Below are positions 55,192-64,000 of a stretch of DNA of 64,000 bases, in pieces; within the stretch, counting starts at the first letter, position 1; the number at the start of each line of letters is the position of its first letter. The DNA comes from Eledone cirrhosa (lineage: Eukaryota): positions 197,470,001 through 197,534,000 of the forward strand of contig OZ024743.1 of the NCBI GenBank assembly GCA_964016885.1, given 5' to 3'. Made by a program: the position numbers and the translations under genes. A model generated the notes under the pieces. The model was not told the DNA's origin. It made no database searches and worked only from the letters and a program-made list of their open reading frames with translations.

Positions 55192-55195
<4 letters not shown>
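54575..55195. mobile_element. Two adjacent fold-back elements of one hammerhead family; HHR at 54800-54862 (plus) and 55067-55128 (minus)
   Basis: UUUUAU-CUGAUGA-GGACGUACUG..CAGUACCUC(C/U)-GAA-AUAU..U-A-AUA; arms 54666-54753/54818-54905 and 55123-55145/55172-55194. Confidence 0.82.
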
Positions 55196-55223
<28 letters not shown>

Positions 55224-55549
55224 TATATACATGTCACGGGAAAGAATCGATGGAGATATTTTACGGGCAAAACCAACCGGCAAGAGTCCCAGGGGTAAAC
55301 CCTAGCAAGATGGCTGGATAACATCACCAGGTCCGAACGCAGTAGAGCGGAACACCCACGTACCTTAGGGAGGGTTTAGTCTACTGCTGAGATGGAGAAA
55401 TCTACTCACCTCACAATAAAGTCTACTTAAAAATATATCTCCACATTTTCATTATTGTTGTTGTTGATAGTAGTGCTGAATGAGGTAATGATAGTTGTAA
55501 TGTTGTTGTTGTTATTGTTGGTGATGATGGTGGCTGTTGCTGTCTTGTT

Positions 55550-57640
55550 GTGAGTGGTGGTGGTGGCGGTGGTGGTGGTCGCTGGTTTTGAGGATCTTGG
55601 CGATGCTGATGATGGTGGAGTATATAGCGGTGGTAGTGGTGATGGTAGGGGATGTAGTGTTGGTGTTGGTGTTGGTGGTGGTGTTGAGGATCTTGGCGGT
55701 GCTGGTGATGGTGGAGTATGTAGTGGTGGTGGTGGTGGTGTTGAGGATCTTGGCGGTGCAGGTGATGGTGGAGTATGTAGTGGTGGTGGTGGTGGTGAGG
55801 ATCTTGGTAGTGGTGGTGATGGTGGAGGATGTAGTGGTGGTGGTGGTGGTGTTGAGGATCTTGACGGTGCTGGTGATGGTGGAGTATGTAGTGGTGGTGG
55901 TGGTGAGGATCTTGGTAGTGGTGGTGATGGTGGAGGATGTAGCGGTGGTGGTGGTGGTGTTGAGGATCTTGGTGGTGGTGGTGATGGTGGAGGATGTAGT
56001 GGTGGTGGTGGTGGTGTTGAGGATCTTGACGGTGCTGGTGATGGTGGAGTATGTAGTGGTGGTGGTGGTGAGGATCTTGGTAGTGGTGGTGATGGTGGAG
56101 GATGTAGTGGTGGTGGTGGTGGTGTTGAGGATCTTGACGGTGCTGGTGATGGTGGAGTATGTAGTGGTGGTGGTGGTGAGGATCTTGGTAGTGGTGGTGA
56201 TGGTGGAGTATGTAGTGGTGGTGGTGGTGGTGAGGATCTTGGTAGTGGTGGTGATGGTGGAGGATGTAGTGGTGGTGGTGGTGGTGTTGAGGATCTTGAC
56301 GGTGCTGGTGATGGTGGAGTATGTAGTGGTGGTGGTGGTGAGGATCTTGGTAGTGGTGGTGATGGTGGAGGATGTAGCGGTGGTGGTGGTGGTGTTGAGG
56401 ATCTTGGTGGTGGTGGTGATGGTGGAGGATGTAGTGGTGGTGGTGGTGGTGTTGAGGATCTTGACGGTGCTGGTGATGGTGGAGTATGTAGTGGTGGTGG
56501 TGGTGAGGATCTTGGTAGTGGTGGTGATGGTGGAGGATGTAGTGGTGGTGGTGGTGGTGTTGAGGATCTTGACGGTGCTGGTGATGGTGGAGTATGTAGT
56601 GGTGGTGGTGGTGAGGATCTTGGTAGTGGTGGTGATGGTGGAGGATGTAGTAATAGTGGTGGGGATCTTGGTGGTGGTGATGGTGGAGGATTTAGTGATG
56701 GTGGTGGTGGTGTTGAGGATCTTGGTGGTGGTGGTGATTGTGGAGGATGTAGTGGTGGTAGTGATGGTGGAGGAAGTAGTGTTGGTGGTGTTGGTGGAGG
56801 ATGTAGTAGTGGTGGTGGTGATGGTGGAGGATGTAGTGGTGGTGGTGGTGGTGGTGGTGGTGGTGATGGTGGAGGATGTTGTGGTGGTGGTAGTGTTGAT
56901 CTAGGTGGTGGTGGTGATGGGGGAGTATGTAGTGGTGGTGGTGTTGAGGATCGTGGTGGTGATGGTGATGGTGGAGGATGTAGTGTTGGTGGTGGTGGTG
57001 TTGAGGATCTTGGTGGTGGTGGTGATGGTGGAGGATGTAGTAGTGGTGGTGGTGGTGGAGGATGTAGTAGTGGTGGTGGTGGTGAGGATCTTGGTGGCGG
57101 TGGTGGTGGTGGTGGTGGTGGTGGAGGATGTAGTAGTGGTAGTGGTGGTGGTGAGGATCTTGGTGGTGGTGGTGGTGGTGGTGTTGAGGATCTTGGTGGT
57201 GGAGGTGATGGTGGAGGATGTAGTGGTGGTGGTGGTGGTGAGGATTTAGTGGTGGTGGTGGTAATGGTGGTGGTGGTGAGGATCATGGTGGAAGATGTAG
57301 TGGTGGTGGTGCTGGTGGTGGAGGATCTTGGTGGTGGTGGTGGTGTTGAGGATGCTGGTGGTGGTGGTGGTGATGGTGGAGGATGTAGTGGTGGTGAGGA
57401 TTTAGTGGTGGTGGTGGTGGTGGTGGTGAGGATCATGGTGGAGGTTGTAGTGGTGGTGGTGGTGGTGGTGGAGGATCTTGTTGTTGTTGGTGGTGGTGGT
57501 GAGGATCTTGGTCGTGGTGGTTGTGGTGGTGTTGAGGATCTTGGTGGTAGTGGTGATGGTGGAGGATGTAGTAGTGGTGGTGGTGGTAGTGGTGGTGATG
57601 GTGGTGAAGATCTTGGTGGTGCTGGTGATGGTGAAGGTGT
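55550..57640. repeat. GGT-based compound minisatellite (~54-57-bp units containing gaggatctt)
   Basis: Read directly; gives stop-free Gly-rich (+) and Pro-rich (-) frames. Confidence 0.93.
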
Positions 57641-57905
57641 TGGTAGAGTTTAAAAATGTTTACGTATGTTTTGCTATAGAAAAGATACTATCACCGCCAA
57701 CTGGAGTTGAACAATCTTGTGTGAAAGGTTTTCTTTATTCCAAAAATCTTATTAAAGTTGGCAGAACACTAGGGAACAAACATTTCCATTGGGCATATAT
57801 ATATATAACCAATTATTTAAGTAAATCTTACAAATCTTAAACATGTAAAGGTTGCTCAGTACGTGTATGTTGATAATTCTGGCTATTACTAAGTATGTTA
57901 ATTAA

Positions 57906-58040
57906 TTGTTTCTACTTTAGGCACAAGGCCAGCAAATACCCAGTGCATTACTGGTACTTTATTTTATCGACCCCGTAAGGATGAAAGGCAAAGTCAACCT
58001 CGGCGGGATTTGAACTCAGATCGTAAAGGGACGTAACTAT
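57906..58040 (-). mobile_element. SINE family A fragment
   Basis: ctggtactttattttatcgacccc..gatgaaaggcaaagtcaacctcggcgggatttgaactcaga. Confidence 0.8.
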
Positions 58041-58065
58041 TTAATATAGGTAATTATATTCATAT

Positions 58066-58108
<43 letters not shown>

Positions 58109-58163
58109 TATATATATATATATAGCTTTTTTGTATAGCAAACCGTGTCACACTTCTTTCCTG

Positions 58164-58245
<82 letters not shown>

Positions 58246-58316
58246 CTATGTATATATTTCAATATATCTATGTATACATATATATATATATGTATATATA
58301 TATGTATATATATGTG

Positions 58317-58356
<40 letters not shown>

Positions 58357-58394
58357 AATTCTTTTTTCTTTTGCTTGTTGTTGTTGTTGTTGTT

Positions 58395-58633
58395 CTTCTT
58401 CTTCTTCTTCTTCGCCCACTTATTCCTGAGAGAGTCATAGGGACAGACTACTCAAACATTCCTTCCGGTGTGTCCTGTTCGAAGCAACCGTCTCCAGCTG
58501 ATCCGGCTCTATCCCCAAGCGAAACCAGCCATACTCATGGATGCTACCCAACCATATTGCTTGGGATCTACCCCTGGGTCATTTGTCGGTTGGTTTTGCG
58601 CGTAAAATATGTCCATCGATTCTTTCCTGAGAC

Positions 58634-58635
<2 letters not shown>
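58395..58635 (-). mobile_element. LINE 3' end with (GAA)n tail, same family as 12385-12645
   Basis: ggttggttttgc.cgtaaaa and tctacccctgggtc shared; smaller pieces at 28325-28400 and 55235-55330. Confidence 0.75.
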
Positions 58636-58690
<55 letters not shown>

Positions 58691-58821
58691 AATTTCTCTT
58701 ATCTTGTATGAATATGGTACAATATTTCTGTAGTAAGCATGTATGGACATATGTATACATATATGTATGATGTATGCGTGCGTATATATATGCATGTATC
58801 TATATATATATATATATATAT

Positions 58822-58858
<37 letters not shown>

Positions 58859-59806
58859 CATACATATACACACACATGTGAATGCGTGTATGTGTGAAGG
58901 TACATTGCTTAATGATCTGGGTGTTCTGCTTATGATCGTAAGGTCATGATTTCGAGTCCTGGCAGCATGCTGTGACCTTCAACAAGATAATTTGTTATAC
59001 GTTATTCCAGTCCAGTCAGTTGAACCTGTACAACAAAAAAGAATCAACTGTAGTACTGTGTTGCCGGTGCATTTTTTCGACAAGAGAGAATTAAAGGCAC
59101 TGTTGATGTTAGCGCCGAAACGAATATCGCCAAACATTTATATCTTTCCGACGTTACAACGACTCTCCCAATTCGCCGTCTATACATGTATATTGTATAG
59201 ACCCGTACCTCCTGATAGAGTTGTAGGGGCGTTGTATTGACATACGGCGTTTCTCGGGGATTTTAAATCTGGCAGAGCCTATCCTTCTCCAGGCCTGAGT
59301 ACAGCAGATTTCTTCCAGAGAAAGATAGAAAGCGAGAGAGAGAGAGGAAATGAGAAAGAGCTATAGAGGGAGAAACCACTAAACTGGTACTTTTTTATCG
59401 ACCTCGAACGGATGAAAGTTGACCTCGGCGGGATTTGAACTCAGAGAGCAGAGAGCTGGAAACATTCTATCCGACGTTCTAACTATTCTCCCCTTGCATG
59501 TATATACATGTATATAATTATCTATAAATATCTTCGCATCTATATACATGTATGAAAATTATATTAGTATCTATAAAGTATTTTATAATCATTCAGATAT
59601 ATGAAGCACATAAGATCTATAAAAAAATACATTCATCATTTCTGGTTGTCATCATTATTTTATAGTTGGATTAATTTTTACTGTTTTTTTTTTTTATACC
59701 AGGAAGAGAGAAAAAAAAGTTAGCAAAATTTAAACTTGATCAAAATTTAAATTTAAACTCAGATATCTATCCTACCATGAACACAAAACACAGTTAAAAA
59801 CATAAA

Positions 59807-59867
<61 letters not shown>

Positions 59868-59908
59868 GCACACCCACACACACATATATACATATATATA
59901 TATGTGTG

Positions 59909-59952
<44 letters not shown>

Positions 59953-59964
59953 GGTGTGGGTGTG

Positions 59965-59994
<30 letters not shown>

Positions 59995-59997
<3 letters not shown>

Positions 59998-60106
59998 CGA
60001 AGGAGTTGTGGTAAGGAACCAGAAGGACCATAACGCACCAGAGTACTCAATACTGTCCAGAAATAGCCATCGAAACGGCTTGAGCTCTGCCGTCGGGGTC
60101 ATACAT
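59995..60106. mobile_element. Minimal head-to-head remnant of the 1430-5302 PLE family
   Basis: Tail on the minus strand joined to the plus-strand HHR 3' half cgaaacggcttgagctctgccgtcgggg. Confidence 0.8.
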
Positions 60107-60107
60107 T

Positions 60108-60213
<106 letters not shown>

Positions 60214-61149
60214 AAGCTTTGATTTTTAGCTTGTTGAAATTATTTCGAAGATCAAAAGCAAACTGGTACGAATATTTCATAAAAGTGATTTGAGATCAGT
60301 TTAGAATTCACTAAACACCTCCTTCTTGTCTTCATAAATTGTCGGCTTATCTTATATAGTCTCTAGGTATTACACATTACCACCGCATTTGTAAACGCCA
60401 TATAAACTGCGTCAGGAAACCACGATGGAACACTATTGAAAACACTACTCCCACCCACATACACACAGACACACACACACAGACCACACAGAGACAGACA
60501 TACACACACACACACACACACACAAACATACACACACACTCACACACACACGTACACATGCACATATATATACAGACGCACACGCACATAAGCACATATA
60601 CATATAAGTATTCACAAACACAGATATAATTACAAATATACGCACTGAGATACTTTTACATGCATACACTTACACATTCACATGCACATATACACACAAT
60701 TACACAAACGTCTACAGACATTCTAAAACGTACACATACGCATATACGCACACGCATATGATATACTTACGCACGTATACAAACACTTAAAAGCATAAAA
60801 TTATACACACACATGCACTTTGGCGCGCATACATTAAAACCGAAAGACACACAGAAATAAATGTATTTACATACACTCACACACATCAAAACATTTCTGT
60901 GTAGCTTATTTATTTATTTAGGAGAGAGAACTTTTCACCTATCTTTAACACTTAATTAAATTTCCTATGTTTCAAAACTGCTTCATCATTTAATTACCAG
61001 TAAAGTAGGCTGGAACAGCCGTCGGACATGTTTCAATACACAGTCAAAAACAACATAAATCTGTATATTGAATTCTGGTGCACAGCTGCGTATTGGGTTT
61101 TGACAAAATATTTTCTATGTCGTAACCACGAAATACTATTTGGCTTCTT

Positions 61150-62359
61150 ACATTTCATTTTATTTTTTGAATTCTATTCAGCACTTGTCGGGCCATTTCA
61201 TTTTATTTTTTTGAATTCTATTCAGCACTTGTCGGGCCATTTCATTTTATTTTTTGAATTCTATTCAGCACTTGTCGGCCCATTTCATTTTATTTTTTGA
61301 ATTCTTTTCAGCACTTGTCGGCCCATTTCATTTTATTTTTTGAATTCTATTCAGCACTTGTCGGCCCATTTCATTTTATTTTTTGAATTCTATTCAGCAC
61401 TTGTCGGCCCATTTCATTTTATTTTTTGAATTCTATTCAGCACTTGTCGGCCCATTTCATTTTATTTTTTGAATTCTATTCAGCACTTGTCGGCCCATTT
61501 CATTTTATTTTTTGAATTCTTTTCAGCACTTGTCGGCCCATTTCATTTTATTTTTGGAATTCTATTCAGCACTTGTCGGCCCATTTCATTTTATTTTTGG
61601 AATTCTATTCAGCACTTGTCGGCCCATTTCATTTTATTTTTGGAATTCTATTCAGCACTTGTCGGCCCATTTCATTTTATTTTTGGAATTCTATTCAGCA
61701 CTTGTCGGCCCATTTCATTTTATTTTTTGAATTCTATTCAGCACTTGTCGGCCCATTTCATTTTATTTTTGGAATTCTATTCAGCACTTGTCGGCCCATT
61801 TCATTTTATTTTTTGAATTCTATTCAGCACTTGTCGGCCCATTTCATTTTATTTTTTGAATTCTATTCAGCACTTGTCGGCCCATTTCATTTTATTTTTT
61901 GAATTCTATTCAGCACTTGTCGGCCCATTTCATTTTATTTTTGGAATTCTATTCAGCACTTGTCGGCCCATTTCATTTTATTTTTTTAATTGTATTCAGC
62001 ACTTGTCGGCCCATTTCATTTTATTTTTGGAATTCTATTCAGCACTTGTCGGCCCATTTCATTTTATTTTTTTAATTGTATTCAGCACTTGTCGGCCCAT
62101 TTCATTTTATTTTTTTAATTGTATTCAGCACTTGTCGGCCCATTTCATTTTATTTTTTGAATTCTATTCAGCACTTGTCGGCCCATTTCATTTTATTTTT
62201 TGAATTCTTTTCAGCACTTGTCGGCCCATTTCATTTTATTTTTTGAATTCTATTCAGCACTTGTCGGCCCATTTCATTTTATTTTTGGAATTCTATTCAG
62301 CACTTGTCGGCCCATTTCATTTTATTTTTTGAATTCTATTCAGCACTTGTCGGCCCATT
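61150..62359. repeat. 43-bp tandem satellite, ~28 copies
   Basis: Unit gaattctattcagcacttgtcggcccatttcattttatttttt. Confidence 0.97.
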
Positions 62360-62727
62360 GGTGAATGAAAACTCCAGCATGCTGATGTTGGCTGGCTGTT
62401 AGCTTACCTGTTAGATGTGGTAGGCCACTGGGCTGGTAAAAAGAAACAATAGCTGTAGAATGCCGTCAAAAACTGAAGTCATAGGTGTTAAGGAAAATGT
62501 TAAGCAGCAAAGTAATGGACAATGGACTGGCCTATATTCAGTTCATGTGTTATTAGTAGCGCTAGAAAATGAGGAAACATACTTTTGAAATTATATTCTT
62601 CACCTATTAAAGTTTGTGCTTGTGTACTCTTATAACTGCACATGAAGTCACTTTATTGTTTTCTGACAATAACTCAATGCTGCAAAACTTGTTGTCCGAT
62701 GCTCTACCAATACTGCTAATACATATA

Positions 62728-62913
62728 ATTGTTTCTACTTTTGGCACAAGACCAGCAATTATCACAGTGTATTACTGGTACTTTATTTTATCGATCCTGT
62801 AAGGATGAAAGGCAAAATTAACCTCGGAGGGATTTGAACCCAGACCGTAAAGGGCCATAACTCTATGCTGTGAAGCAAGGTGTTCGACTCTCTACCGATA
62901 CTGCCACTCCACC
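62728..62913 (-). mobile_element. SINE family A
   Basis: ggatgaaaggcaaa..ggatttgaacccaga..ctctaccgatactgcca. Confidence 0.8.
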
Positions 62914-64000
62914 GATAGGTGAAATGGACCAGAGAAAATTACGTCATTTGTCTAAAAGGCACAACGCAGTAAAGCATGGGCATTTGACTAGCAACCTATT
63001 CATTTATTTGGTTATTGAAGTCAAATACTGCATTACCTTCTACTGTATTATACAAAAACTTTTCGAATCTAAAGATTAAACTGTGTAAATAAGTTCTTTT
63101 CTGTTTTCTTTTATTTTCTCTTCTTTTATTGGTCGTTTGAGAAGAAATTTTGAACCCGACCGATGAAGTAGAATGGTCTAGAATGTTTTAAAATATTTTA
63201 AGATAAGTATGTTGTTTCTATGAAAGAAGTATCATTTCATGTTATAGTCGTTTATTTAAGTCAGTCGTACAAGTCTTGTAATCGTTTATTTAGTTCAGTC
63301 TCACAGTTTTATCACAAGGTTTCCATATTGTTTCTTTGACTGGTTAGAGAACACATACATATCAATTTACTGATTTTTGTAGAATTCTCTTCAATCAAAG
63401 TGGTCACTTGAAGAATTAGTTTATTGTATAACGAACTGGTTTTACACAAGAATCAGATTTTATCAATAGAATCAAACGAGTAAAATAAAAAGAATCACAA
63501 CAACGAAAGAAAACAAACAAAAAGAAACAAGGTCAAATAAATAGTTCTCGTTTATAAGAGGGGTAACCTAAACACTGCTGCGACAATCGTAAAGAAAAGG
63601 GGAGATTCTAAGCACACCGACATAATGTTAAGTACGTTTTACTTGGAAGCAAGGGTCATATATGCACAAATAAGAACACTTTAGACTTCCATTTTTCAAA
63701 TATCAGATTAACTGATTGCTTATTTTACTGAAAAGAATCAAAACAACAATAACTGAACAAACAAAAAGAAAAGAAAAGAAAAGAAAAGAAAGAAACATAC
63801 TAAACAAAAACAGAGCAAAGGAAAAACAAAGATTTGGTAAGAAGGTGGATGAATTTCAGTAAGAAAGTAAACATTTATCATCGTATGAATATAATTTGAG
63901 AGATGCTTTTGGTTAACTATATTTTCTTCTATTTTTCTTTAAGTCTGTGAATAGAGATATGCAGCATCTACGTCAAATAAAGACATGACAAACACCCTTG

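Noticed and set aside
55400-55450. Strong minus-strand donor GAG|GTGAGT next to the Pro-rich ORF
   Set aside because: All upstream frames hit stops shortly before it and no acceptor is evident
61150-62359. CRISPR-like 43-bp repeats
   Set aside because: Head-to-tail satellite without spacers; T-run length varies and breaks frames
63000-64000. AT-rich unique sequence resembling a 3'UTR or intron
   Set aside because: No ORF, splice pattern or motif to support a call

Overview
Repeat-saturated animal genomic DNA. The SINE families and the (TA)n/(CA)n load suggest an octopus or other cephalopod; that is an inference. No intact host gene is evident and most listed ORFs are microsatellite artefacts. 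The window holds a 5'-truncated Penelope-like element (PLE: RT plus GIY-YIG) between ~1.2-kb inverted arms, a second PLE fragment, RTE-like and CRE-like LINE fragments, tRNA-derived SINEs, non-autonomous Helitrons, hAT-type MITEs, a mariner relic, an 8.2-kb 60-bp satellite and a 43-bp satellite. The main unannotated signal is about 20 type I hammerhead ribozyme (HHR) motifs from roughly ten sequence families, all folded by eye. They occur in three settings. (i) Tandem non-coding monomers of 431 and 591 nt with one HHR per unit, i.e. retrozyme-like. (ii) A ~323-nt unit integrated in two circular permutations, implying a circular or tandem RNA template. (iii) Many head-to-head palindromes in (TA)n, several of which fold back at the ribozyme core. 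Two core variants recur (U3-A8 and U10.1/U11.1), two unrelated families share an octamer+TATA module upstream of the HHR, and the PLE endonuclease has a UGA at a Cys position that may be selenocysteine.
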